Below are positions 12,915-25,904 of a stretch of DNA of 64,000 bases, piece after piece. Source of the stretch: Octopus sinensis (taxonomy: Eukaryota); contig NC_042997.1 of the NCBI RefSeq assembly GCF_006345805.1, forward strand, positions 83,948,001-84,012,000, written 5' to 3'. Within the stretch, counting starts at the first letter, position 1, and every line of letters starts with the position of its first letter. The position numbers were made by a program, and so were the translations under genes. A model generated the notes under the pieces. The model searched no databases and had not been told where the DNA came from. It saw only the letters and a list, made by a program, of their open reading frames with translations.

Positions 12915-13428
12915 AATGCATTGATGCAATACCAAGCTCTGGCTCTCATGGCTTCTGATCTTAACTGACTGAATGTGTTATCATGTACATGTTTTGTCTT
13001 GGTGTAAAAGATAGGCTACAGCAAATATTCTGCTCAGTACCACAGACTTGCTTGACCTTACTTAACCACTTGAGTATGACACATAATGGCTGACAAGCAG
13101 GAATAGTGGGGGACCATCATAGCTTTGTGTTGAGGGGATTCTTTAGGGTTTGAATAATAAATCTCTACAAATATGGGTGTTCCATTCAACATCCTTAAAC
13201 AACTCTTATTCAGGGTCCTTTTGAGCAGGATAGGCTACTCAACCTGAAGAAATTACCTGCAAGGTCATACACTATTTATCTTGATAAGAGATTCTATGTT
13301 GCGCTCATATGGTTGTAATATATGTGCTTGGTGTACTCTTAACAGATGGGTAGTCTTGATGGGTATATTGGGCTTCATATATCTGTGCCCCAGTGCCACT
13401 TTGATGGCATACACAGCTCTCTCACTCA
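12915..13428 (-). mobile_element. Interspersed repeat family E, longer copy
   Basis: About 230 bp shared with 6353-6600. Confidence 0.7.
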
Positions 13429-13751
13429 ATAATTTCTGATATTGACACACTGTCACAAAAATATAAGAGGATAGAGTAATCAAATGAATAAACTTTCAAT
13501 ATCATTTACTCTAGAAGGCTTAAAATGAAAGTCATTTGAACCCAGAATATAAAGGGAGGTAACTAAATAAGGCATTTAGTCGATTTTATCTAACAGCATG
13601 AAAAGATATTATTAAATACATGGATTTAAACTAGGGACGAAACTGAGAGTAATATTCTATCTGTTAGGTTTCTGACTCCTGAATTTCTCTTGGTTTGAAA
13701 TAAAAGTTTCAAGCTGGTATCCGATATATTATATATATTTTGTAGCATATT

Positions 13752-14135
13752 CTGTGTGGTAAGAAGTTTGCTTCCCAGCTACATGGTCTCAGGTTCAGTT
13801 CAACTGTATAACTACTTGGGCAAGTGTCTTCTACTATAGCTGTGGGCTGACCAGAGCCTTGAAATCTGTTGTATATATTTATGCTTGTGTGTGGGCGAGG
13901 TGGGTGAGTATCTTACTGTCTCCTTGCCATGATTTCATGTGACAGTTGACTGTCACCATGACACAACTGGTATCCTTCATTTCTAATCATCTGTGAAAAC
14001 ATCTCATTATGTTACTTGGAAACAGGTGAGGGTTGGCAACAGGGAGGGCATCTGGCCATAAAAAATCCACCCCAACAAATTCTGTCTAACCTTTGCAAGC
14101 ATGGAAAAGTGGACATTATATGATGATGATGCTAT
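13752..14135 (+). mobile_element. Chimeric SINE: family-B head with RTE-type tail
   Basis: B head (tgtgtggtaagaagtttgcttcccag) followed by tail gagggttggcaacagggagggcatctggcc...gcatggaaaagtggacattatatgatgatgat; second example at 27980-28350. Confidence 0.65.
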
Positions 14136-16095
14136 GTAGAATGAGGGCACCTGATGATCATCAGAGATCAACACAAACAAAACACAGTGAAGGTGTAAAA
14201 ATTAATGAAAAAAGGCTAATCTGAAAAATTATATTGTTATTATCAATAGTTCAAATATTTACTCATTTAATCAAAGAATTTTCTGCTAATGAGAAATGTA
14301 TTTGTTGTTGACAATACACAGTGCTCTCTATTGAATATGCTTGAAGAGAAAAACTTTTTTTTTTGAGAGAGAGAAAAAGAAATCGTGTGTAAGAAATATT
14401 AAAGGCACACAGAAGGAATGTAGATAGTATCATCTATTAAAAATAATAGAAGATATATTTTGAAATGCAGATTATAGCTACAGAATATTACAAAGTACAG
14501 TTGCTGAGAATGCAGGGCAAAAATGCTGGAAATACAGCATACAAGTCTTGAAGATCTAAGGAATGGACATATCGATAGTGCAGTGAATTGATAGATGGAG
14601 TAAGTATAAAGAGTCTTAAGGATATATCTAATACCTATAAGTTTATCTGAAATACTTCATCATCTAAAAACAGAAATCAAAACATCTGCAGAAGATTTGA
14701 ATTAATGCCTCATGAAGCAACACACTGATTAGCTTCTTCACATGACCAGTTGTAAGTTTGTTCATTTACTGGGTTTATTTAAAAGACATCTTGTCTTACA
14801 CAAGACATGTTAATTAAACAAATGAAGCAGAAACATTTAACAAAAAGACTGACTGAAAATTAATTATTTCAGAAGTATATATCCAGTAAAAAAAGAAAAA
14901 AAAATCAATATGATTTGATATTTCAAGAAATCAAAAAAAAAAAGAAAGAAAGAAAGAAAAAGAAAAAAAAAGAAGAAGAAAGTAACATTTCTTAATCAGA
15001 AATGCTTTGTTACAATTTAACAATTAAGACATCAACAATTTTGATCTGATTGATTTTCATTAATAGTTTATTTTCTAATTTATGTTGAAATGGAATCGAC
15101 AAATTGATTTTTTTTTACTCTGAATTAAGACTAAAGAAATATTTTTGTTAACAGTTTTAAATTTGAAGGACTCTCAGTTAAAAACAATTGAGATGTATGC
15201 TTTGTATAGGATATTTGGTTTTGTCAGTTTGCTGAGGCATTTCAAACTCTGGGCTAAATACTTTACAACATTTTAAAGTTTAGTGAAAGTTCACAGGTTG
15301 TCAAAGTCAATGAAGTGTCAGTCTAGCAGGTGAAGTTTTGATGGTTCATTTCCTGTTAAAGGAGGCTGCACTGTGTTTGTGGCTAATTGTGCATCTGTAT
15401 ATGTGAATAGCAAAGAGAGAGAGAGAGGAGGAGGAGAGAAAGGTGGATGTAAACAAAGACAGAAACATTGAGTAAAGAGGAAAAGGAATTTCACCATTAG
15501 AATGGTATGTGAATGAATTTTTGACAAGATAACAAAAACTTTGTTGTATTTTTATGGACAGCAATTCTCAATGGATTATTTTAGCTACACAAAAATGAAA
15601 TAATTTCATTTCACCACTTAATGTGATCAAACTATTTCTTTTTAATGAATGACCTTTTTTTTAATGAAGACTGATTTTTCTTTGGTGGCTACAAGGTCAG
15701 TAGATGTGAGGATAGCACCAGCTTATGAACCTAGTCTGTTAGTGATGAAAACATGTATAGCGAAGTCAAAGAGTATAGAGCATTTGATGTTTTGATACCA
15801 GCACAGTTTTGTGTCCTTGTTTAAAAAGCTTAAACACTCAACAACTTAGACATAGTTGGAAATAGGTATTGCTAAGGTGACTACCCCATTGACTATTGTA
15901 AGTCACAGAAGTACTTGTAAAGTTATATCAGGTGTTTTATTGGTTTACAATGTTGATTCAGCTTCTTTAATTTTTGTTATTTGGAGGAAAAACCTTGGAG
16001 CTAACCCTAGCAAGCTTTTATAATATCATCATACTGTTTTTTTTTAAAATTTTGTAGTGGTTTGTGTAACTTTTCACTTATCATCCTCTTCGTCA

Positions 16096-16335
16096 TTTAG
16101 CATCTGTTTTCTATGCTGGCACAGGTTAGACAATTCAACTGGAGCTGGTAAGCTGGAGAGCTGCATGAGGCTCCAGTCTGTTTTGGCTTAGTTTCTATGG
16201 CTGGATGCCCTTCCTAATGTCAACCACTCCACAGAGTGTAGTGGATGCCTTTTTACATATCACCTGCATGTGTGCCTTTTATGTGTCACTGACATGAATG
16301 CTTTTCACATTTCATTGGCATGGGTGCCTTTTATG
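16096..16335 (-). mobile_element. RTE 3'-UTR-type repeat with short internal tandem repeats
   Basis: RTE tail plus about four copies of a roughly 24-bp gtgccttttatgtgtcac unit. Confidence 0.65.
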
Positions 16336-16646
16336 TGTCACAGGAAAGAAAGTATGACACATAGGAAAATGTAGTCAGCAATAAACAATGGAATGAAAAG
16401 ATGGGACGATCACAATCAGAATGCCTCTGATCATAGGTCATCCCAATCAATGAAGGATAAATTATATAATGACCAATAATAAACAGGAACTTTACAGTAT
16501 CTGTCAACATAAAGAATGTCATAGAGGAGAGAGATTGTAATAAATCACTTACCTCTCCGTTTTTCACTGGTTTGATGTATTTACGATAGACACTCATCCG
16601 ATACATAGTTTCAATAGCCTGAAAGATAACAGGAATAAGGCTTCGT

Positions 16647-16980
16647 TTATTTCATAACAATGATTATAATAATTAATATGAAAAATTGTTCTGTTGGTAG
16701 CAAACTACAAATTTTTACAGGTAACAGATCTAATTTCAGACCAGTACATGACAAGTATGTTTATGCAGAGTGGGCCAAAAGTCATGCGCCAAAACACTTG
16801 ATATCTTATTTATATCACATTATTATGCTTACTGTTATTTCATAACAATGGTTATAATAATTAATATGAAAAATTGTTATGTTGATATTACACCACAACT
16901 TTGTGCTGGTAATGGATCTGAGTTCACACCTGTACATGACAAGGCCAAATGTCATGCACCAAATTACTTGATATTTTATT
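16647..16980. repeat. Diverged local tandem duplication (period 188 bp)
   Basis: 16647-16810 aligns with 16835-16980 (ttatttcataacaatg.ttataataattaatatgaaaaattgtt...). Confidence 0.85.
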
Positions 16981-16982
16981 AA

Positions 16983-17039
<57 letters not shown>

Positions 17040-18130
17040 TTGGGTTCAAATTCTACCAGGGTTGACTTTACCTTTCATCGTTTTGGTAGGGTTGATAAAA
17101 TAAGTAACAGTTGAGCACTGGGGTTGATGTAATCAACTTACCCCTTCCTTGAAACTGCTGGCCTTAAGCCAAAAGATGAAACCAATATTATTAGTTAATT
17201 TTGTTTATCATGCACAGGTACATGTGTATTCATCATTTCATTTATTTTATTCAACTTTTAGAAAAAGTAAAGCCTGTCTTTGACAATTCCAGAGGGTTTT
17301 GAACTTATTTTGTGCGTGACTTTTGGCTAACCTTGTATAATCAGCCGATGAGGCTAAGGAAACACTTATAAACGCTGTTTATTATCCCTCCACCTCTCTT
17401 CTCTCTACCACTTGTGCAGGACACTCCATCCACTTCCCTTCCTTTGAACTCCTCAATATCACATGTAAGAAGCTACACTGGACCATACTCCCACCCTACT
17501 TACATGTTATACACTCAAAGCTTTGCCCTGCTGTACTACCAGTCAGCACTTACTCCTCCCATCACCTTTACTGCCACCCAACACCTACTCTTGCCTCTTT
17601 AATCTCATCATTTATCCTTACCTTTGTTCCTCTCTGCTACTGCCAATCATTTCTCTGCAGACTCCACCCCCAGATATCACTGCACTTTCCCATCATACTT
17701 CCCACCTTGCCCCTTCCACACTTTCACCCAATTTGGATCTCCTTATGTCTTACTTTTCCCTTCTGTCCTATTCCACTTCAAAGTTACCTAGGCTACTGAA
17801 TACTCCAAGTATTTACTCTTCCATTTCTAATTCTTAGCTACCTCTTTTCTGATCTTTCTGTTGTCATTGCTCCCTTTCCTATTCCCCTCCTTGGTCTAAA
17901 CACCATAGATTACTGAGTGCTGTAGTGTTAGTACCACAAGAAAATGCATGCTGTACATGCTGTGAAATGTTTAGGGACAGGAAAGGCATCCAGGAATAGA
18001 AACCAAGCCAAATGACCTATAACATGGTCCAATAAGAAATCGTTTAGACCATGCTACATGGAAAGTGCGTGTTAAATTTAAATGATTACACATGTATATT
18101 ATTTTCATTTTTTTAAACTTTTATTTGTTT

Positions 18131-18462
18131 TAGTCATTAGACAGTGGCCATACTGGGGCACTACTTTGAAGAATTTCTAGTTGATTGAATTGACCTCAGT
18201 ACTTATTGCTTTGCTGAACTATTCAGTTATGGGGCATAACTGCACCAACACAGGTTGTCAAGCGGTGATGGGGGACAAACACAGACACACACGCACACAC
18301 AATAGTCTTCTTACAATTTCAGTTTTCATCTACAAATCCACTGAGAAGGCTTCAGTTGGATCAGGAGTTAAGTAGAAGACATTTGCCCAAGGTGTCATGC
18401 AGTGGGACTGAACCTAGAACCATGTGGTTGGGAAGCAAACTTAATCACACAGCCATGCTTTT
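18131..18462 (-). mobile_element. SINE family B
   Basis: Reverse-complement of family-B tail, body and head. Confidence 0.75.
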
Positions 18463-18686
18463 GCCTATACATACATATAAGTATGTATGTATGTATGTAT
18501 GCATGCATGCATGTTTTGATAGTAATTGGCAGAGGTTAAAGAGTGTCTCAAGGGTCAAAAATTTTGTGCATTGGCATAAAACCCTTGGATCTCGAATCAC
18601 TTTGTAACTTCTGCCACTTATCAATAAAAAACATATATACTCATGTTTTTAGTTCTATTTTCCTGTTTGCATCACCAAACCTATAT

Positions 18687-18732
<46 letters not shown>

Positions 18733-20228
18733 GCGTGTGCATGCATACACATAAACAAACATGTAAAATTAATCTATCGAGGCTTTTGGGCCACAGAGTT
18801 AATCCTTCACCCAATTTAACACCATCTGGGACCTTGAGTTGTTTTAGTAGAGTTCACTCTCTCTTACAAGCATTCAGGTTAGGTTTCCACTTTTAAAGGA
18901 ACCTTACTCTTTCCTTTCCCACTTCTCAATTCAGAAGTCCTGTAAAAGGTCATTAGCATTGTCTTCCCTCCTGACTAAAAAGTAAAAATACAAAGCAACA
19001 TGGATACATACATATGTACATGTTCACATATACATGCATACTTGCACACAAGCATGTACATATATATATGTGTATATATGCTCATATGCACACCTACACA
19101 CAAACACACACATATGCATACATATACATACACAGATATACATACATACACACACACACGCATATACATACATATATGCACACCACACACCCATATATAC
19201 ATACACACACATGCATACACACACATACATACACACACATACAGAAACTCACACTTGTACATGTATACATAAATTAAGATATGGCTTATATCATTTGAAA
19301 GTCCCAATGAAAAAGGGGATTGTATTCTCATACATGAGGGAATTACAAAACCATTAAAAAAAAATTCAATGAAATGAAGCAAACAAAATTTGAAAAATGA
19401 AAGAGAAGGGAAAAAAAATCACTATTAGCAAAACAAAAAACAAAAACGAAAAAAAAGGCAAAAGACAGGAAGCAGTTAACAACAACAAGAACGACAACAG
19501 TTAAAGTCACCCCCATGCATGTTGCAGAACAAGGTCATAAATATGTGCATAATTTTGTTATTGCTTTTGTTGTGTTAATCTCACTAATTGGTGGATTAGA
19601 GCATTAGTTGAGACTGTTCTACCCTTTTTATAACCTTTCCCAAATGGTTGGTCTGGGACCCTAAAAAGTAGAGCAACTAGGCATTGTTTAAAAGCTTCAA
19701 GTGAAACTGTTAAATTTTGCTTTTACTTTTTACGTGTGTGTTTGTGTGTGTGTGTGACAGTTACATAATTTATCACCCTTTAAATACCATACTGTTTTCT
19801 ATGTACAAAATGCCTGGTGTTAGAGTGCAAATGAAGACGGAAATTCAAAAACTGTCATTTGTCTTGTTTGAATTTCTTGTATGTCAAAATTTGGAACGGA
19901 ATCTTCCATACTCATTCATGTATACATAGCAGTACATGTAATTTCTTCTAATGTCAGATCAGAGATTTGTTCTTTCCATTTTATTTCTCCAATTTAGACA
20001 TATGTGTGTGCCTTTGTTTGCCCCCACCACTGCTTGACAACCGGTGTTAGTGTGTTTACATTGCTGTAACTTAGCAGTTTCCTCAAAAATAGATTAAATG
20101 CCAGGCTTTCAAAAAAAAAATGTAGGTTATGGGATTAATTTATTGAAAGAAAAGTTAAGGCAGTGCTCCAGCATGGCCACAGTCTAATCACTGTAACAAG
20201 TAAAAGTTAACAGATAAAATATATAGAC

Positions 20229-20620
20229 ATAGGCATGGCTGTGTGGTAAGAAGTTGGCTTCCCAACTATTTGGTCCCAGGTTCAGTTTGACTGTGTGACA
20301 TCTTGGGCAAGTATCTTCTACTAAAGCCTTGGGCTGACTAAAGCCATGTAAGTGGATTTGTTTGGTAGATGGAAACTGAAAGATTCCCAATGTGTGTGTG
20401 TGTGTTTGTGACTGTCTTTGTCTACCACTGCTTGACAACCAGTGTTGGTGGGTTTATATCCCTATAACTTAGCAGTACAGCAAAACAGACTAATAGGGTA
20501 AGTACCAGGCTTAAAGAAACAAAGACCCTGAGGTCAGTTCATTCAACTAAAATTTTTCAAGATAGTACCCCAGCATGACCACAGTCTAACGATTAAAACA
20601 AGTAAGAGATAAAAGAAAAG
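20229..20620 (+). mobile_element. SINE family B
   Basis: Full head, body and tail; preceded by a 3' half-copy at about 19990-20215. Confidence 0.8.
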
Positions 20621-21023
20621 ATAAAAAATATCACAAGCTAGCATGCATTGGAAGAATCATCACAGTCTAAATTAGTTCTTGTTCAGAGTAACTGCTGTCA
20701 CCAACATGGGTGCCTTTAACGTGTCACCAGCACAGGTACCTTTAACACATTACTGGTGCAGGTGCCTTTAACATGTCACTGGCATGATATATGTATATCT
20801 CTTTTATCTTGTTTCAGTCATTTGACTTTGACTGTGGCCATGCTGGGGCACCACCTTGAAGGGTTTTAGCTGAATGGTTGATCCTAGAATAAGCCTATTA
20901 CTTATTCTATCAGTCTCTTTTGCCAAACTGCTAAATTATGGGGACGTAAACACACCAACACTGGTTGTCAAGTGGTGGTCGGGGACAAAGACAGACACAA
21001 ACACACACGCACATAGATATATA

Positions 21024-21911
21024 TTGGGTCATCCAATAAGTAATGTGGTTTTTTCAATTGCATGAACAAAAAGTCGGAGTGGGATGGGATAAACTACCTG
21101 CATCAACTTGCTATAAAAGCAGGTAGTAATTTTACCTTGTAGTTATTCTTAGTGCAGGTTTTGAAGAGGGCAGTTCGATTTTAGCAGTTATTTTTTCAAA
21201 TCTATGATGGAAGTGACAAAGGAGCATATTCGGCATATTTTGCTTTATGAGTTCAATAAAGGCAACAATGTAATGGAAAGGGCGAGGAATATTAATACAG
21301 TATATGGGGATTGGACAATAAGCATAAACCAGTGTCAGCTGTGGTTCCAGAAATTTCGAGCTGGAAATTGCAGCCTAGAAGACGAGCGTTGTCCTGGAGG
21401 ATCTGTAGAGCATGACGAGGTTGTCCTGCAAACCCTGGTGGAACAAAATTCCATTGTAACTGTTGAGGATCTAGCAGAGAAGCTTGGATTTGGTTATTCA
21501 ACCAGTCATTCAAGTCAGCCCTAGAAGAAAAACTACCATCTTTAGTTTCAAGACGAAAGGTGTTCTTCCATACAGCAAGAATGACATTCCAAAGGGTGGA
21601 GCAGTTTGAATGGGAAACAATGCCCCACCCACCATATTCGCCAGACATTGCCCCATCTGACTATCATTTATTCTGCAGTCTTCAAAATCATTTGGATGGA
21701 AAAAATATGAAGATCAGAACAGTACTGGAGGAGTATTTTTTGTCATAGAAAAGTGAATTTTGGAAGAGAGGCCTTGCAAGTCTACCAGACAGATGGGAGA
21801 GCATTGTAGAAAATGAAGGTGAGTATATTTTAGATTAAAAAGGAACTTTGTTTATCTTAATTTTGAAAAATAAAAGAATAAAAAACCCACATTATTTATG
21901 GAATAACCTAA
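21024..21911 (+). mobile_element. Internally deleted mariner (DD34D) transposon
   Basis: TA-flanked TIRs ttgggtcatccaataagtaatgtgg / ccacattatttatggaataacctaa. N-terminal HTH EHIRHILLYEFNKG...WFQKFRAG..SLEDE at 21204-21524. C-terminal HPPYSPDIAPSDYHLF at about 21625-21675. Central catalytic region missing. Confidence 0.93.
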
Positions 21912-21981
21912 TACATAAATGTGTATATATATATATATATATATTTATTTATTTATTTATGTTCTATATACATTTATGTAT

Positions 21982-22065
21982 TGGGTCATTCCATAAATAA
22001 TGTGGTTTTTTAATTCTTCTTTTAATTTTCAAAATTAAGATAAACAAAGTTTAGAATCTAAACCA
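21982..22065 (-). mobile_element. Solo inverted right end of the same mariner family
   Basis: About 80 bp is the reverse-complement match of 21830-21911. Confidence 0.75.
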
Positions 22066-22602
22066 AAACTGTCCAACAAATGGGAACATGAAACTCTGAG
22101 TAACAGTTTTTGTGATGTCTTTGCACCTTTATTAATAAAGCATATTATTCTACCTCAAGTATTTGAGTACTATTTTCCCCCACCTTGTTTTGCATTTATG
22201 TGCTTACTCTTGTATATGAATGACGAGCTTTCAGTTTCTGTCTGTCAAATCCACTCACAAAACTATAGTAGAAGACACTTGCCCAAGGTGCCATGCAGTG
22301 TGACAGAACCTGGAAGTATGTAGATGGGAAGCAAGTTTCTTACCACACAGCCTTGCTGCAACTATGTAAATGATTGTAGCATTCAGGGAAGTTAGATTTT
22401 TGATTTGAGGTATTAGACTAGTGGAAGATTTAGTTTTGCATTATCACTCACTCTTCTTTTCTTTACACACACACACACCAGACACATAAATGTGTATATA
22501 CATATATGAATATTACATATTCACACACATACATACAAACACACAGATTACACTATAACTGAGCAGTGTGACAAACAGAGCTAAAATAAGCACCAGACTT
22601 AA

Positions 22603-22824
22603 CACTTTGGCATTCAAACCAGTCATATCTGGCCAATATATTCTACCTGTTCTATGTTCAAACTCGCCAGATCTGGCATCTGCCATCTACCCTATAATGT
22701 CATTGTAAAAAATAAGCAATGATATCATCAAAATTTCAAAGCCACAAGATAATAAAATGATTAATTCAAAACAAAGTGAATGAATTTGCATTACATTTGA
22801 CAGCATAATCTGAATGCTAAAAGG
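22603..22824. mobile_element. TTAA-type MITE (same family as 2292, opposite orientation)
   Basis: ttaa|cactttggcattc ... gaatgctaaaagg|ttaa. Confidence 0.75.
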
Positions 22825-23443
22825 TTAAAACTGAGTAATGAGAGTGGATACAAGCAACTCAAGGTGGCTCAAGAACTAAAACAAGTAGATGATTATATAT
22901 ACATGCATTCAAACACATTTTATATAGATATACATGTGTAATTATGGGTGCATATGCATGCATGCATTACATACTGACACACCACTAAAAATAGAACAAA
23001 ATAACTCTGTTGGTAATTAATGCAAATCACTGAACAAAAAGGAAGAGAAATTATGACACTAAACATTATTTTTACATTCTCCAGTGGTAAATAAATAGTT
23101 AACAAAATTTGCAAGCTATTCCTCCTACCAAGGAAAAAAAAATGGACAGTATTGGTTAACAATGTTGTTAAGTGAGCATGAAATATCACTGTGTCTTTTT
23201 TGGTAAGAGAAAGACTTCAGTTAACATTGGGATTGCTTTTAGGAGTTGGTTGGAGTTATTTCATTGGGGTGGGCAAAAATAAAAGTGAGAGAGAGACAGA
23301 GAGAGAGATCTTCCTCAAGTCATGGTGGTGGTGTAATTTCAACTGTTTTTGTTATCAGCTGAATTTCTTTAGTAAGGTGTGGGTATGTGTGTGTGTGTGT
23401 GTGTGTGCGCGCACATGTGTGTGTGTGTATATATATATCTATA

Positions 23444-23830
23444 GGAGGCGCAATGGCCCAGTGGTTAGGGCAGCGAACTCACGGTCGTAGGATCGCGGTT
23501 TCGATTCCCAGACCGGGTGTTGTGAGTGTTTATTGAGCGAAAACACCTAAAGCTCCATGAGGCTCCGGCAGGGATGGTGGTGATCCCTGCTGTACTCTTT
23601 CACCACAACTTTCTCTCACTCTTACTTCCTGTTTCTGTTGTACCTGTATTTCAAAGGGCCGGCCTTGTCACTCTCTGTGTCACGCTGAATATCCCTGAGA
23701 ACTACGTTAAGGGTACACGTGTCTGTGGAGTGCTCAGCCATTTACACGTTAATTTCATGAGCAGGCTGTTCCGTTGATCGGATCAATCGGAACCCTCATC
23801 GTCGTAACCGACGGAGTGCTTCCATCCATA
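23444..23830 (+). mobile_element. SINE family C (tRNA-like head), young copy
   Basis: ggaggcgcaatggcccagtggttagggcagcg...ggtttcgattccc, CpG-rich; flanked by an atatatatctata repeat (TSD-like). Confidence 0.9.
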
Positions 23831-23873
23831 TATATCTATATACACACCCACCCATACAGGTATATGTATTCAA

Positions 23874-24263
23874 CAGGGTGTTCAAAAAGTCTCTATAGTA
23901 AGTTGCAAAATAAATATTTATACGATGGTATAAGACTACAAAAGAATATATTAGACTTTACAAGACTTTAAAAAACTTTATAAGAGGTGTTGAAAGTGGT
24001 CTTCCACTGACCCTGTGTTTCTAAATTTTTTTTATCAAATCCTGCAGTCATGATATGGAACAAGAGTATTTGGAAAAGTTTCACTGAATTTCTGTTTCAC
24101 AGTATCTATGTATGTCCTTCAATTGTTAGCAAGTCAACACGCTGAAGGGTACACGATGACTGAAGGACACCGGCTGACACCTGGCTGTCCACGCAGTGAT
24201 AGTCAAGTTGCACATACGCAGGATGAAAAATATTCACTGTGGAAAGACTTTTTGAACACCCTG
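23874..24263. mobile_element. Tc1/mariner-type MITE
   Basis: Perfect 19-bp TIRs cagggtgttcaaaaagtct / agactttttgaacaccctg; TA on the right side. Confidence 0.85.
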
Positions 24264-24484
24264 TAATATATTATAGATATATACATTCGTACACGCACAT
24301 ATGTAGGCAGCTGTCATCTGTTTTCAAGTGAGAAAATATTTCTTCTCGACTGGACATATTTTCATGGAATATTGGCAACAAATGATACCACTTGTATTAA
24401 AATGACACAACCCCTAGTCCTGAACATACATATATGCACATACATACCTAAGTATGTGTGTGTATGCATGTATCATCATCATCA

Positions 24485-25866
24485 TAATTTAACTTCCATT
24501 GTCCATGCTAGCATGGGTTGGATGGTTTAACTGGGCTGGCCCACCAGAAGGCTGCACCTGACTCCATTCTAATTTGGCTTGGCTTTCTATGGCTGGATGT
24601 CCTTAAGTGTAATGAGTGCATTTCTGTGCTACCAGCATGGATGCCAATTTACATGACACTGGTATCTGCCACAACTGCGATTTTGCTTGGCCTGTTGGGT
24701 CTTCTTCTCAAGCACAACATAATGCCAAAGGTCTTGGCTATTGCCTCTGTGAGGCCCAACACTTGAATGGAATTCAGCCACTTTGCCTCTGTGAGGCCCA
24801 ATGCTCAAAAGGAACTCAGCCACCTTGACTCCTTGAAAGGAGCAGTCACCTTGCCGCCTTCAGGCCTAATGCTCAAGAAGAACTCAGCCACTTTGCCTCT
24901 GTGAGGCTCAACACTCAGAAGGAACTCAGTCACTAGCTCCATCAGGCCCAATGCTCGAGAGGAACTCAGTCACTTTGCTTCCATGAGGCCCAACATTCAA
25001 AGGATATTCTTTACATGCCACCGGCACAGGTGCACTTGGCTTGATAGGTCCTTCCAAGCACAGAATATTGTCAAAGGTTTCGGTCACCAGTCATTGCCTC
25101 TGTGAGGCTCAAAGTTTGAAGATCATTTTCCACCACCTTGTCCCAGGTCTTTCTAGGTCTAACTCAACCACAGGTTCCCTCCACAGTTAGAAATCAGCAC
25201 AGCTTTCCTCGTCCATACACATCACATGACCATACCAGCACAGTCATCACTCTTACACACCACATCTGATGTCTCTTATGCCTAACTTTTCTCTCAAGAT
25301 GCTTACACTCTGTCGAACATGCACACTGACATTGCACATGCAGTGAAGCATACTTGCTTCATTTCTTTCAAGCTTATGCATGTCCTTTGGCTGTCACAGC
25401 CCATGTTTTACTGCCATGCGGCAGAGCTGTTCGCACTCAGGCATCAAACAATCTGCCTTTCACTCTGAGAGAGAGAGAAGCCCTTTGTTATCAGCAGGGG
25501 TAGGAGCTCTCTGAACTTTGCCCAGCCTAATCTTATTCTCACAGCTATGCTCTCGGAGCATCCACCTCCACTACTAACTTGCTCACCTAGATAATGGAAG
25601 CTATCTACTACTTCTAAGCTTGCCCCACTGGTAGTTGATGGAGTTTATTTTCTGTACATTTTCAGTGTTTATTGTACCTATGCACCTTCCGCATACAAAA
25701 GTTAGGTTCCCTGTTGACCTTCCTTTGATGTTGCTGCACCTTTTGTGTCCAATGCTTACACTGGGTGCATCTTATGGAGTTTCAACCTATATCTTTTCTA
25801 CAGATTGAGCAGGGCCATCTACCTGAAGAGATTTGTGATTTGTCTGCCTTCTTACTTAGTATGACT

Positions 25867-25870
<4 letters not shown>
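24485..25870 (-). mobile_element. 5'-truncated RTE LINE with PHD-like finger, C-terminus and 3' UTR
   Basis: Minus strand reads WPCSICRKDIG*NSIRCTQCKHWT/KRCSNIKG...FVCGRC, then the RTE C-terminal region and a (GAT)n tail near 24475. Confidence 0.85.
24741..25005. repeat. Minisatellite of about 41 bp (about 6 copies) inside the RTE 3' UTR
   Basis: Unit approximately ttgcctctgtgaggcccaacactcaaaaggaactcagccact. Confidence 0.85.
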
Positions 25871-25901
<31 letters not shown>

Positions 25902-25904
25902 ATT

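Larger units (their letters stand above)
20797..22352 (-). mobile_element. SINE family B split by mariner insertions (3' part 20797-21010, 5' part 22226-22352)
   Basis: Complementary halves on either side of the mariner; insertion is in the internal microsatellite. Confidence 0.6.

Noticed and set aside
14148-14190. CTGATGA motif suggesting a hammerhead
   Set aside because: No GAAA core or valid cleavage triplet downstream. Other CTGATGA sites (about 30539, 39321, 55999, 62492) also fail.
14300-15400. Protein-like stretches (AKMLEIQHTSLEDLRNGHIDSAV; FAEAFQTLG*ILYNILK)
   Set aside because: Stop density is near random for AT-rich DNA; at most a very decayed LINE tail.
17390-17930. Pyrimidine-rich stretch possibly a CR1/L2 3' relic
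   Set aside because: Similarity too faint to support by eye.
23444-23520. tRNA-like sequence (also at 40709)
   Set aside because: It is the head of a SINE: continues into the repeat body and tail, with no acceptor-stem closure or Pol III terminator.
24741-25005. Regularly spaced repeats resembling a CRISPR array
   Set aside because: Head-to-tail degenerate minisatellite without unique spacers, in a eukaryotic LINE UTR.
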